Positions 47,916-57,922 of a stretch of DNA of 64,000 nucleotides are shown piece after piece. Made by a program: the position numbers and the translations under genes. This DNA is from Desulfonatronovibrionaceae bacterium (lineage in GTDB: Bacteria > Desulfobacterota > Desulfovibrionia > Desulfovibrionales > Desulfonatronovibrionaceae), in the NCBI GenBank assembly GCA_046539845.1, contig JBKHGE010000003.1:1-64000 (forward strand). The letters run 5' to 3'. The notes under the pieces are model-generated. The model was not told where the DNA came from and searched no databases. It saw only the letters and a list, made by a program, of their open reading frames with translations. The stretch's first letter is position 1. Each line of letters opens with the position of its first letter.

Positions 47916-48284
47916 CTATTTCCCACTACCGGCAATGGCCTTTTTCACCTTGTCCATGAGTTCGGTCAAATCCACGGACTTGACCACATAATAATCGGCG
48001 GCAATGGATTTCAGATCGTGCTGAAAGCTGTCGTAGGCCGTGCACAAAATAACCGGGACATCGTTGTCCCTGGCCCGGATTTCCTGCAGGATATCCAGCC
48101 CGGATTGCTCGCCCCCCAGCTTTATATCCAGAATCACCGCGTCCGGATCTGACCTGGACAAAAGAGAGCCCACGCTGTCGCTGCCGTCGGAAGTAAACAC
48201 TTTGTAGCCGTGGCTTTCCAGCTCCTCCTGATAAAGCATGCGGATATGCTTTTCATCGTCAATCACCAGAATACGCTTAGCCAT
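47916..48284 (-). CDS. Single-domain response regulator
   Basis: VIDDE, LDIKL, CTAY and VVKS motifs. Confidence 0.88.
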   Translation of the reverse strand: MAKRILVIDDEKHIRMLYQEELESHGYKVFTSDGSDSVGSLLSRSDPDAVILDIKLGGEQSGLDILQEIRARDNDVPVILCTAYDSFQHDLKSIAADYYVVKSVDLTELMDKVKKAIAGSGK

Positions 48285-48615
48285 ACAGCCCTCCCTATCT
48301 ATTCACGCCCCATTTCCCTCCCCGGGCTTCAGGCCAGCCCCGGAGCGTCTGTTCATCGCTTGGACCTAATTAAACATTTTTAAGAGGCCAAGGCAATATG
48401 CAGTCGAAAACAGTTTTCATTTTAATACCCCAATCCTGCGCCCAAAACCAGTAAAGAGATCAAAGCCCGGGGTCAAAACAGGCAACTCCCCGATTGTCGA
48501 CAAGCAAAAGAAACATAACTATAATATTACTACCGGCTACCGGGGGCCTATTCGACCCCGGAAATAGAGAACAGACAAAAATCAAAACCGGATAAACGCG
48601 TCAGATGATAAAGAT

Positions 48616-48816
48616 ATGATCCATGTATTCATTGAACCGGACAGGAAGCGGGTGACCGCCCGGGGGTGCAAATCTGTGCACGGGGTGCTCAACCGGCTGA
48701 ATCTGGAAGCGGACCAAGTCTTGGTCATAGATGAGAACAACTCCCTGCTCACCCCGGACAGACTCGTGCGGCCCGGGTCCAGAATCACAGTGCGCAAAGT
48801 GGGCTCAAGGGGCTAA
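48616..48816 (+). CDS. Ubiquitin-like sulfur carrier (ThiS/MoaD/TtuB-like)
   Basis: 66 aa beta-grasp-like sequence ending VGSRG; lies 2 bp upstream of a TtuA-like gene. Confidence 0.65.
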   Translation: MIHVFIEPDRKRVTARGCKSVHGVLNRLNLEADQVLVIDENNSLLTPDRLVRPGSRITVRKVGSRG

Positions 48817-48818
48817 AC

Positions 48819-49721
48819 ATGAAATGTTCCAGGTGCGGCCTGCAGGCGGTTGTGGCCCTGCCCAGCCATCACGCCGGATTCTGTCGAGACTGCTATCTCC
48901 TTTTTTTTGCCAGGCAGATTCAAAAGGGGCTCAAAAAATACCGGATGCTCAAGCCCGGAGACCGGGTACTGGTGGCCTTAAGCGGGGGTAAGGACTCCAT
49001 GGCCCTGGTTCACCAGCTGCATGAGCTGGGCTGGGAGCCGCACGCCCTGCATGTGGACCTGGACATCCCGGACTCCTCTGCCCCGGCCAGGCAAATGGCT
49101 GAAGACTTCTGCAACTCCCTTAACGTGCCGTTAAAAATAGTGGAGGCCGCAGCACACGGCCTGAGCATCCCCCGGGTCAAAAACCGGGTCCGGCGCCCGG
49201 TGTGCTCGGTCTGCGGCAAGATCAAGCGCTACCTGTTCAACCAATTTGCTCTGGACAAGGGATATACCGCCCTGGCCACCGGGCACAACCTGGACGACGA
49301 GGCCGCAAGACTCTTGGCCAACACTGTCCGCTGGGACATATCTTACCTGAGAGACGTAGGCCCAGTCCTTGAAAAGAGGCAGGGCTTTGCCCGCAGAATA
49401 AGGCCGCTGCATCGGGTGACTGAATTCGAAACCGCCAATTACTGTTTCTTAAGCGGTATCGAATACAATACCCATCCCTGTCCGTACAGCCGCGGGGCCA
49501 GTTTTAACGTGTACAAAGACCTTTTACACCGCCTGGAGCGCTCCCAGCCGGGAAAAAAAATCGCCTTTTACGAAAATTTCCAGCGCCACGCCCGGTCCTG
49601 CTTTGAGACCTGCACGGAAAAAAGCGAGGCCGATCTCGCCCCCTGCACCAGATGCGGCTACCCCACATCCGAGGAGGTATGCGGGGTATGCAGCCTGAAA
49701 GAGACCCTTGAGGAAGGCTAA
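48819..49721 (+). CDS. tRNA 2-thiolation protein, TtuA/Ncs6 family
   Basis: N- and C-terminal Zn fingers, PP-loop SGGKDS, CSVC, GHNLDD and CPY motifs. Confidence 0.85.
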   Translation: MKCSRCGLQAVVALPSHHAGFCRDCYLLFFARQIQKGLKKYRMLKPGDRVLVALSGGKDSMALVHQLHELGWEPHALHVDLDIPDSSAPARQMAEDFCNSLNVPLKIVEAAAHGLSIPRVKNRVRRPVCSVCGKIKRYLFNQFALDKGYTALATGHNLDDEAARLLANTVRWDISYLRDVGPVLEKRQGFARRIRPLHRVTEFETANYCFLSGIEYNTHPCPYSRGASFNVYKDLLHRLERSQPGKKIAFYENFQRHARSCFETCTEKSEADLAPCTRCGYPTSEEVCGVCSLKETLEEG

Positions 49722-49788
49722 TCCGGATAAGCCAAAAATAAAATACTTTCCTGGGTCCGGACCAGGGACCCGGGAAAACGATCTTGGA

Positions 49789-50874
49789 TCAGGCCAGGCT
49801 GTCCAGGGCCTCGCAGACCTTGTCCCCCATCTCCGTGCATCCCAGGGCCTTTTTGCCCGGCTGCATGATGTCCTTGGTCCTGAACCCGCTGTCCAATACA
49901 TGATGTACGGCCTTTTCCACCAGCTCGGCTTCTTTTTCCAGCCCCAGTCCAAAACGCAAGAGCATGGCCCCGGACAACACAGCGGCCAAGGGATTGGCCG
50001 CATTTTGTCCAGCTATATCCGGGGCGGAACCGTGAATGGGCTCGAACAGCCCCGGCCCGGATTCCCCCAACGAGGCCGAAGCCAACAGCCCGATAGACCC
50101 GGTTATAACCGCCGCCTCATCGGAAAGAATGTCCCCGAACAAGTTCCCGGTAACCAGGACGTCAAACTGGGAAGGATCACGGACCAGCTGCATGGCCGCA
50201 TTATCCACATACATGTGTGTAAGCTGGACATGCGGATACTCTTTGGCCACCTCCTCGACAACCTCCCGCCACAGACGGGAGACTTCCAGGACATTGGCCT
50301 TGTCTACCGAACAGACCATCTTCCTGCGCTTTTCCGCCGCCTCAAAGGCAATCCGGGCAATGCGACGCACCTCGGATTCGGTATAGATCATGGTGTTGTA
50401 AGCGGCCCTCTGCCCGTCCAGGTGCCTTTCACCCCGCGGCTCCCCGAAATAAATACCCCCGGTCAGCTCCCGGACCACCAAGAGATCAAGACCTTTGGCC
50501 GCGATGTCCGCGCGCAAAAGAGAGGCCTCGGCCAGATCCGGGAAGGTGCGGGCCGGGCGAAGATTGGCGAAAAGCCCCAGCTCCTTTCTTATACCCAGAA
50601 GACCTTTTTCCGGCCTGAGTGCGGGATCCAGACCGTCCCATTTCGGTCCGCCCACCGCGCCGAGCAGGACCGCATCGCTTTTCCGGCATATGTCCACGGT
50701 TTCCTTGGGCAAGGGGCCTTTGGTCGCGTCCACTGCTGCCCCGCCTATGAGCCCGTGAGTCTTCTCCAGCAAAAATCCGCTTTTTTCTGCGACCGCGTCC
50801 AGGACCCGAACTGTTTCCCGGACAATCTCCGGACCTATCCCGTCTCCGGAAAGGACCGCCAGTTTATAACTCAT
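49789..50874 (-). CDS. leuB: 3-isopropylmalate dehydrogenase
   Basis: [35 protein letters not shown] and HGSAPDI motifs; true start is MSYKLAV. Confidence 0.95.
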   Translation of the reverse strand: MSYKLAVLSGDGIGPEIVRETVRVLDAVAEKSGFLLEKTHGLIGGAAVDATKGPLPKETVDICRKSDAVLLGAVGGPKWDGLDPALRPEKGLLGIRKELGLFANLRPARTFPDLAEASLLRADIAAKGLDLLVVRELTGGIYFGEPRGERHLDGQRAAYNTMIYTESEVRRIARIAFEAAEKRRKMVCSVDKANVLEVSRLWREVVEEVAKEYPHVQLTHMYVDNAAMQLVRDPSQFDVLVTGNLFGDILSDEAAVITGSIGLLASASLGESGPGLFEPIHGSAPDIAGQNAANPLAAVLSGAMLLRFGLGLEKEAELVEKAVHHVLDSGFRTKDIMQPGKKALGCTEMGDKVCEALDSLA

Positions 50875-51376
50875 GTCCACCCCTTTTCTGCAATTGTTTG
50901 CGCACATAGGAAACAAGCCCCCCGGCCTGAAGCAGTGAACGCATAAAATCCGGCACCGGACTGGTATCAAAGGCCTCCCCGCTGGAGAGGTTTTTGACCC
51001 GGCCTGTTGCTGCATCCACCTCCAGGTCTTCGCCTTCAGTGATACGTTGCACCGCATCACCGAGTTCCAGGAGCAAAAGCCCCATATTGAATCCGTTGCG
51101 GTAGAAAATACGAGCGAAGCTGTGCGCGAGCACCACCGGGATCCCCGCCCCCAGTATAGCCAAAGGCGCGTGCTCCCTTGAGGACCCGCAGCCGAAGTTC
51201 TTGCCCGCCACCAGGATGTCGCCCTTTTTAACCCGGTCAATCCAGCCGCTTTCCAGGCCCTCAAAACAGTATTTTCCCAGCTCCAGGGCATCGCTGGTCA
51301 CCAGAAAACGGGCCGGTATTATGGCGTCCGTGTCGATATGATCCCCTACCCTGCGGGCATGTCCTGTATACTGCAT
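50864..51376 (-). CDS. leuD: 3-isopropylmalate dehydratase small subunit
   Basis: IDTDAIIP and [11 protein letters not shown] motifs. Confidence 0.93.
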   Translation of the reverse strand: MQYTGHARRVGDHIDTDAIIPARFLVTSDALELGKYCFEGLESGWIDRVKKGDILVAGKNFGCGSSREHAPLAILGAGIPVVLAHSFARIFYRNGFNMGLLLLELGDAVQRITEGEDLEVDAATGRVKNLSSGEAFDTSPVPDFMRSLLQAGGLVSYVRKQLQKRGGHEL

Positions 51377-51400
51377 AGTTGTTCCTTTAATATGCTGTGG

Positions 51401-52663
51401 TTACTGAATTTCTCCCGGATCGGATATACGGCCCTGTACCGCAGTGGCCGCGGCCACCCTGGGACCGGCCAGATAGACGAAGCTGTCCAGACTGCCCATA
51501 CGGCCCTTAAAATTGCGGTTAGTGGTGGCCAGACAGACCTCGCCCTCGGCCAGGATACCCATATGTCCACCCAGACACGGACCGCAGGTGGGAGGACCAA
51601 TAATCGCCCCGGCTTGTAGAAATATCTCCAAGAGCCCTTCTTTCAGGGCGACACTGTAGACTGCGGGAGTGGCCGGGAGAACAATGAACCGCACTCCGGG
51701 AGCCACATGCCTGCCCCGGATGATCTCGGCCGCCTGGCGCAGATCGCTGATCCGGCCGTTGGTACACGACCCCAAAACCACCTGGTCCACCCGGACATCC
51801 CCGAGCTCCCGGGCCGCACAGACATTGTCCGGGAGATGCGGACAGGCCACCTGCGGGACGAGTCCGGACGCATCTATGTCTACCCGGCTTGAATATTTTG
51901 CCCCCTCATCCGGATACATCTCCGGGGCATCCCTGCGATTGTGCTCCCGGCAGTATGCCGCGGTGGCCTTGTCCGCGGCAAACAGACCAGCCTTACCCCC
52001 GGCCTCAATGGCCATATTGGCCATTGTCATCCGGGCCTCTATATCCATTTCCTGCACGGTCTCTCCGGAAAATTCCAGGGCCCGGTACAGGGCCCCGTCT
52101 ACTCCGAGTTCGCCGATCGCCTTAAGAATAATGTCCTTGGAGCAGACATCCGGGGGGATGCGGCCGTTTATCTCCACCCGGATGCTCTCCGGGACCTTGA
52201 ACCAAGTCTCGCCCAAGGCCATGCCCGCGGCCACGTCCGTGCTGCCCAGACCGGTGGCAAAGGCCCCGAGCGCGCCATAAGTACAGGTATGGCTGTCCGC
52301 GCCGATGACAATATCCCCGGGGCCGACCAGGCCCAGCTCCGGCAAAAGGGCGTGCTCCACCCCGGACTCACCCCCTTCGTAATAATGGGTTATGCCCTGT
52401 TCCCGGGCGAACTCACGCACTTTTTTCACCTGCTGGGCGGAAGCGATATCCCGATTGGGGGTAAAATGGTCGCAGACCAGGGCCACCCGGTCCCGGTCAA
52501 AGACCGTGGCGGCCCCCATCTGGCTAAATGAATCTATGGCCAGTGGCGCGGTGATATCATTGGCCAAGACCATAGACACCCGACAGCGAACGATCCGCCC
52601 CGGAGAGACCCCTTTTTCGAGGCTATGCATAGCCAGGATTTTTTCGGCTAAGGTCTGGGGCAT
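51401..52663 (-). CDS. leuC: 3-isopropylmalate dehydratase large subunit
   Basis: ADSHTCT, GSCTNGR, CGPCLG and NRNFKGRMG motifs. Confidence 0.95.
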   Translation of the reverse strand: MPQTLAEKILAMHSLEKGVSPGRIVRCRVSMVLANDITAPLAIDSFSQMGAATVFDRDRVALVCDHFTPNRDIASAQQVKKVREFAREQGITHYYEGGESGVEHALLPELGLVGPGDIVIGADSHTCTYGALGAFATGLGSTDVAAGMALGETWFKVPESIRVEINGRIPPDVCSKDIILKAIGELGVDGALYRALEFSGETVQEMDIEARMTMANMAIEAGGKAGLFAADKATAAYCREHNRRDAPEMYPDEGAKYSSRVDIDASGLVPQVACPHLPDNVCAARELGDVRVDQVVLGSCTNGRISDLRQAAEIIRGRHVAPGVRFIVLPATPAVYSVALKEGLLEIFLQAGAIIGPPTCGPCLGGHMGILAEGEVCLATTNRNFKGRMGSLDSFVYLAGPRVAAATAVQGRISDPGEIQ

Positions 52664-54180
52664 ACGCCTTCCTCCTCTTTTTTAGCCAGCCGGTTCAAGG
52701 CGTTTATATATGCCTTGGCGCTGGATATGATTATGTCCGAATCAGCGGCCCTTCCCACCGCATTCATTCCGTTTTCTTCCAGGCGGACCGTGACCTCGCC
52801 CTGGGCGTCAGACCCACCGGTGATGGCGTTCACAGAATAGCGAACCAGATTGGGGCTCTTACCGACCAATTGGTCAATGGTATTAAATACCGCGTCAATG
52901 GGCCCGGCCCCAAAATGGGCCAGTTGTTTCTCCTGCTCATGGACCTGCATCTTTATCACCGCAGTGGGGATGGCCATGTTCCCGGAAATGGAACTCAGGT
53001 ATATCAGGCGGTAGCGGTCCGGGATACGGAAGACCTCTTCCAGGACCACCGCCTCCACATCCTCGACATAGATATTTTTTTTGCGATCGGCCAGGTCCTT
53101 TAATACCTGCATGACCTGATCCAGGTCCTCCCGGCTCAGCCGATACCCCAGGTCCTCCAGCTTATTCTGGACCGCGTGCCGGCCGGAATGCTTACCTATG
53201 ACCAGGTCGCTGGCTTCCTTGCCTATGCTCTCCGGGGTCATTATCTCATAGGTCTGGCGATTTTTGAGCATTCCCGCCTGATGCACTCCGGACTCGTGGG
53301 CGAAGGCATTGGCCCCGGTGACCGCCTTGTTTGGGGGTATGGGCTGGCCAATGATCATAGACAGCAGCCTGCAGGCCGGATATAATTGCGTGGTATCCAC
53401 ATTTGTGTCCAACTGATAAAAATCCCGGCGTACGTTCAAGGCCATGACCACTTCTTCCAGGGCGGCGTTACCCGCTCTTTCCCCGATTCCGCTCAGGGTG
53501 ACCTCGGCCTGACGGGCCCCGGCCTTGAGTGCGGACAAGGTATTGGCCACGGCCATCCCCAGATCGTTGTGGCAGTGCACGCTGAAGACCACCTGATCCG
53601 CCCCGCTGACATTCTCCCGCAAATGCCGGATGAGCCCGGCAAACTCCTCGGGCAGGGTATAGCCCACAGTATCCGGGATATTTATCACCGTGGCCCCGCA
53701 ATCTACAGCCGTCTGCACCACCTGAACCAAAAAATCCGGGTCCGAACGGGAGGCATCCTCTGCGGAAAACTCCACATTCGAGCATAAAGAAGAGGCCAGG
53801 GACACGCCGGATCTGGTCAGTTCCAGGACTTCCTCCCGGGACTTGTTCAGCTTGTACTCCATATGGATGTCCGAGGTGGCCAAAAAGGCGTGTATCCGAG
53901 GACGGACGGCATGCTTTACCGCCTCCCAGGCCCGCTCAATATCCCCGGGCATGCAGCGGCAGAGCCCAGCCACCTCACATTTTTCCACTGCAGAGGCAAT
54001 CTCCTGGACCGCCTCGAAATCCCCGGTGCTGGCCACCGGGAAGCCGGCCTCGATCACGTCGACTCCCAGCCGCTCCAGCTGCCTGGCCAGGCGGACCTTT
54101 TCCCGGGTGTTCATGGTCGCCCCGGGGGACTGCTCACCGTCACGCAATGTAGTATCGAAAATAAATATCTTATCCGACAT
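52648..54180 (-). CDS. leuA: 2-isopropylmalate synthase
   Basis: DTTLRDGEQ, HCHNDLG, GIGERAGN and GKHSG motifs. Confidence 0.95.
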   Translation of the reverse strand: MSDKIFIFDTTLRDGEQSPGATMNTREKVRLARQLERLGVDVIEAGFPVASTGDFEAVQEIASAVEKCEVAGLCRCMPGDIERAWEAVKHAVRPRIHAFLATSDIHMEYKLNKSREEVLELTRSGVSLASSLCSNVEFSAEDASRSDPDFLVQVVQTAVDCGATVINIPDTVGYTLPEEFAGLIRHLRENVSGADQVVFSVHCHNDLGMAVANTLSALKAGARQAEVTLSGIGERAGNAALEEVVMALNVRRDFYQLDTNVDTTQLYPACRLLSMIIGQPIPPNKAVTGANAFAHESGVHQAGMLKNRQTYEIMTPESIGKEASDLVIGKHSGRHAVQNKLEDLGYRLSREDLDQVMQVLKDLADRKKNIYVEDVEAVVLEEVFRIPDRYRLIYLSSISGNMAIPTAVIKMQVHEQEKQLAHFGAGPIDAVFNTIDQLVGKSPNLVRYSVNAITGGSDAQGEVTVRLEENGMNAVGRAADSDIIISSAKAYINALNRLAKKEEEGVCPRP

Positions 54181-54350
54181 ATCTATGCTCCATTTTGTTT
54201 TTAAGTTCAGCCATTAAGACCCTGCTTGCTCGCATCTGCCAGCGCAAATTCAGGTCTTGCGGCTACCGGGCAGAAACGCAGGGCCGCCCGCCCGGAAAAT
54301 CAGGACCCGAGTGCGCACATAAGATTATGAGATATGAGGTTTAGAATATT

Positions 54351-55118
54351 TTACGAGAGTTCCCTGAGGGACTCCCGTAGGTTGGTATCTTTGCGTAGGG
54401 GAAGAAAAAGAAAGGAATAAAGCACCCCGGAGAGCAAATAGCCCATAAAGAAGAGGAAGCCAAACAGCCTCGGCTCTGAAGCCACCAGGACAAACAGGAA
54501 GATGACCGTCCCCGTGCTGGTGAAGGGGTGGGCACGGATAGCCTCCACTTCCTTGAACGAGGCGTACTTGACCTGGCTGACCATGAGCAGGGCCAGGACC
54601 AGGGCCAAAACAAGGGTAAACCAGGGCAGGACCGTGTAAGCGAAACCCTGGGGGAGATACCGGCTGAAAAGGACCAGAGTAGCCAGGGTGCAAGCCGCAG
54701 CCGGTATGGGCAGCCCGATGAAAAATTTGCCGGAGGAGGGAGACTTGCTCTGGATGTTGAATCTGGCCAAGCGCAATGCCCCGCTGGCCACAAACAAAAA
54801 GCTAATGGTCACGCCGAGCCGGCCCAGATTCTGGGTCTGCCACAGATAGGTCATAATGGCCGGGGCCACTCCGAAAGAGACCAAGTCGGCCAGGGAGTCA
54901 AACTGGACCCCGAAATCCGAACCCGTTTTGGTCAGACGGGCGACTTTCCCATCCATGCCGTCAAAGAAACAGCTGATAAGGATACACACTGCACAAAGCT
55001 CAAAACGGCCCCCCACTGCAGCCAATATTCCCCAGAATCCAGAAAACATGCTGGCTGTAGTCAAGAGATTGGGCAAGATATAAAACCCTTTAAATCGGGG
55101 GCCACTTTCCTCTGGCAT
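54351..55118 (-). CDS. pssA: CDP-diacylglycerol--serine O-phosphatidyltransferase
   Basis: LPNLLT, DGMDGKVAR...DSLAD and RLARFN motifs. Confidence 0.93.
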   Translation of the reverse strand: MPEESGPRFKGFYILPNLLTTASMFSGFWGILAAVGGRFELCAVCILISCFFDGMDGKVARLTKTGSDFGVQFDSLADLVSFGVAPAIMTYLWQTQNLGRLGVTISFLFVASGALRLARFNIQSKSPSSGKFFIGLPIPAAACTLATLVLFSRYLPQGFAYTVLPWFTLVLALVLALLMVSQVKYASFKEVEAIRAHPFTSTGTVIFLFVLVASEPRLFGFLFFMGYLLSGVLYSFLFLPLRKDTNLRESLRELS

Positions 55119-55119
55119 A

Positions 55120-55764
55120 TTATTTTTGTTTCTCTCCGAGAATGCTTTGTCCGGCCAGGACCTTGTCCCCGACCTTGACAGCGGAAGCATATCCGGAAGG
55201 CATATAAAGGTCAAGCCTGGACCCGAATTTGATCATCCCGTATCTCTGCCCCCTGGCTAGGTGATCTCCTTCCTCGGCCCAGACAACTATACGCCTGGCC
55301 ACCAGCCCGGCAATCTGGACCACGGTCCACAGCTCTCCCTCTTCGTCCCGGATCTGCGTGGCGCATCTCTCGTTCTCCTTGGAGGCTTTGTCCAGAGAGG
55401 CGTTTATGAACCGGCCCGGAAAGTATCTGAACCTTTGCACCGTCCCGGCCACAGGCATCCTGTTCACATGCACGTCAAACACGTTCATGAACACGCAGAC
55501 CACTGTTCTCTTTTCCCCGGTGAACGGGTCAGAATCCGTGTCCAGCCGGACCACCTTTCCGTCCGCCGGGGACACTGCCTTCCCATCTTCCCCGGGTATC
55601 ACCCGTTCCGGATCGCGGAAAAAATTGAGGCCGAAAACAAAAGCAATCAGGCCCAGAAGGGCCGGAAGAGCCCATTCAAGCAGGGCAAAAACCAGTGTTG
55701 CCGAGGCGCACACTGCAAGTGCCGCCGTACCTTCCGGGCATATGCCTGTTCTGCGTTTGTGCAT
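55120..55764 (-). CDS. psd: Phosphatidylserine decarboxylase
   Basis: FFRDP, SPADG, DVHVNR, NER and FGS autocleavage motifs. Confidence 0.93.
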   Translation of the reverse strand: MHKRRTGICPEGTAALAVCASATLVFALLEWALPALLGLIAFVFGLNFFRDPERVIPGEDGKAVSPADGKVVRLDTDSDPFTGEKRTVVCVFMNVFDVHVNRMPVAGTVQRFRYFPGRFINASLDKASKENERCATQIRDEEGELWTVVQIAGLVARRIVVWAEEGDHLARGQRYGMIKFGSRLDLYMPSGYASAVKVGDKVLAGQSILGEKQK

Positions 55765-56067
55765 AATTATTTCGCCTTTATCTGTTTATAGTTCTTGCGC
55801 CAAACCAGATATTAATGACCTCTAAATGCCGCCGACGGCGGTTTTATTCTAAAGAGTGCTCTCAAAAATTCGGGCTTGCCTCCATGAATAACCGGGGCCG
55901 TAACGCCATAAGGCGTGGCAAGCCTTATCTCTGCTGTTTTTCGCGCCAAGGATAAGACTACCTTCTTTTGCTCCCTTCCCTGGCCTTTTTATCCCCTTTG
56001 CGATCTATGCCTTTGAGCCCTCGAGCTGGGCGTAGATTTAAGAAAGAAGCCGGCTTCAAGACCCCGC

Positions 56068-57321
56068 CTATTTATTGTACTGCTTTTTCCATTCGTCCAG
56101 AAAGAGCAGGCTGGTCTCCAGGTCATCCAGCCTGCCTTCGGCCCGGCGGATGTGAAAAACCAAATCCTCAAACCCCACCCCCGGAGACAGCCTGTACCTG
56201 TCCAAAAGCTCTTTAATCCGGCCCTGCAGCTCGGGATCCGCCTCGCTCAAGAGGTCATCTCCTTCCGTCTTTTTGCCGTCCAAAAGCCCGGCTGCAAACA
56301 TGCGGTCCAAAAGCCGAGCCATGCGGTGCTCATAGGTATGCTCGGCAAGAACCCGCTTTCTAGCCCGCTCGGCAAAGATCAGCCTTTCCTGCGGCCGGGT
56401 CAGAAAGTAATCAATTTTATCCTTTAAATCATTGATAGTTGTGAAAGTGACTACCTCTTCCCGGGAAAAGAGTTCCGGCAAAAGGCTCCGTTCGTCAGTC
56501 AGCTGAAAAGCCCCGCAGGAAGCAAGCTCAAACGTCCGCGGATTTACGAAGTCCCCGGGGACTACCTCCTGGTCCGCCTGTATGCTGGAATGCAGGTTCA
56601 GGTTTATCTTGGTTGCGCAAAATATCCGCACCGCCTCCTCCGGTTCGATGCGCCTGCCCTGCATCTGGACAAAAGGTTTCAGTTCGGCCGCCCCGTCCCA
56701 TTCAGTGCCCCAGATCTTAAGATCATAGCCAAGGAGAGACCCAAAGGCCTTGCGCCTGTTCGGATAGCCGGCACCCAGAAAAGAAATATCGCTGCCAAAC
56801 CGCCTTTTTTCCACTGAGTCCGGCTGCAGAGGGCGGTGGAATTCAGGATCCGCGGCCAGAGGAAGATACATAAACTCCCGGACCTTACTTTTCTTCAATT
56901 CCTCAAAAAAGGGCTGCTTCTGGATAACGGCAAAAAAATCATAGTAGGGGGCAAAACTGCGCCAGTACTGAAATACCCGGAAATCCTCCACAAACCACAT
57001 GGCAGTAGGCACACCCTGCTGGCGCAGCCTGGACAGGGCCTGCCGGCTGAGCGGGGCCTGGGCCAGGGCCAGGACCAGCCCTGGCTGCATGGTCTCCACT
57101 TTGGCCAGAACCGCTGAGGAGACCACCTGCAAAAAGCTGTTCTCCAGATGGTCCAGGCTGGAAGAGGAGACCTTGAGGCCCTTCAGCCCGTCAAAAGCGG
57201 TCTTGAACACCGGGGCGTCAAACACATCCACTTGATGTCCGAGCCGTTCAAGGGCGCTTGCGCAGTACCTGCCCACCGGCAGGGAGCCTCCGTACATAGG
57301 CAAAACAACCAATATTTTCAT
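56068..57321 (-). CDS. CgeB-family glycosyltransferase-like protein
   Basis: LPLAADP, SFLGAGY, KINLN, NPRTFE and HTYEHR motifs. Confidence 0.82.
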   Translation of the reverse strand: MKILVVLPMYGGSLPVGRYCASALERLGHQVDVFDAPVFKTAFDGLKGLKVSSSSLDHLENSFLQVVSSAVLAKVETMQPGLVLALAQAPLSRQALSRLRQQGVPTAMWFVEDFRVFQYWRSFAPYYDFFAVIQKQPFFEELKKSKVREFMYLPLAADPEFHRPLQPDSVEKRRFGSDISFLGAGYPNRRKAFGSLLGYDLKIWGTEWDGAAELKPFVQMQGRRIEPEEAVRIFCATKINLNLHSSIQADQEVVPGDFVNPRTFELASCGAFQLTDERSLLPELFSREEVVTFTTINDLKDKIDYFLTRPQERLIFAERARKRVLAEHTYEHRMARLLDRMFAAGLLDGKKTEGDDLLSEADPELQGRIKELLDRYRLSPGVGFEDLVFHIRRAEGRLDDLETSLLFLDEWKKQYNK

Positions 57322-57776
57322 ACCCCGCCCGCCAATCGGTCAAAAGAACCCGGGAGTTCGTCCGCTCCCGGGGTGCTCAGGCCCGCCTGCACAGCCTGTT
57401 CAGTCAGATCATACATCTCCCGGGAATGCTCAAACCCGGCCAAATGCAGAAAACCATGGGTCAGGAGACGGATAAAATGCTCCAAAACCGGACAGCGGAA
57501 AAGGACCGCTTCCCGGCTTACGGCCCGCCAGCTTATTGCCACCTGCCCTCCGCCCCGGCCATCTGGAAAGCTCAATACATTCGTCGGCCCCGGACAGCCC
57601 AGAAAGCGCTCATTCAATCCGGCCATACGCCTGTCGCCGCAGACAAAGACTTCCACCCCTGCGCTTTCGCCCGCGGCGGTAAAAGAGGCCACCCGGGACA
57701 AAAGCCTGAGCACAAAACGCCTGTCCAGACCCAAAGATAGCAGGCAAAACGGTTCATAATCAAGAACGATATCCAT
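57318..57776 (-). CDS. ybeY: rRNA maturation RNase
   Basis: PTNVLSF and HGFLHLAGFEH motifs. Confidence 0.9.
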   Translation of the reverse strand: MDIVLDYEPFCLLSLGLDRRFVLRLLSRVASFTAAGESAGVEVFVCGDRRMAGLNERFLGCPGPTNVLSFPDGRGGGQVAISWRAVSREAVLFRCPVLEHFIRLLTHGFLHLAGFEHSREMYDLTEQAVQAGLSTPGADELPGSFDRLAGGV

Positions 57777-57922
57777 TGTCCTAAACCTCAGCAGGGATTA
57801 AAGACGCATTTAAAAACATATTGCGGCCCCACCACCCGGCAAAACAGCTCCAAAGGGCCTATTTGCTGTGCTCGGGGGACAAAACAAATCACTATTAACC
57901 CTGCCCCAAGCCCTTGCAAGCT

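Noticed and set aside
49708..50946. 412-aa antisense ORF opposite leuB
   Set aside because: It is a shadow ORF caused by codon bias, with no motifs.
50875..51291. 139-aa N-terminal extension of LeuB in the ORF track
   Set aside because: It overlaps leuD in another frame; LeuB similarity and a GGGGTGG RBS point to a start at 50874.
54181..54350. Leucine attenuator upstream of leuA
   Set aside because: Hairpins are present, but there is no Leu-rich leader peptide with a start codon and no T-tailed terminator.
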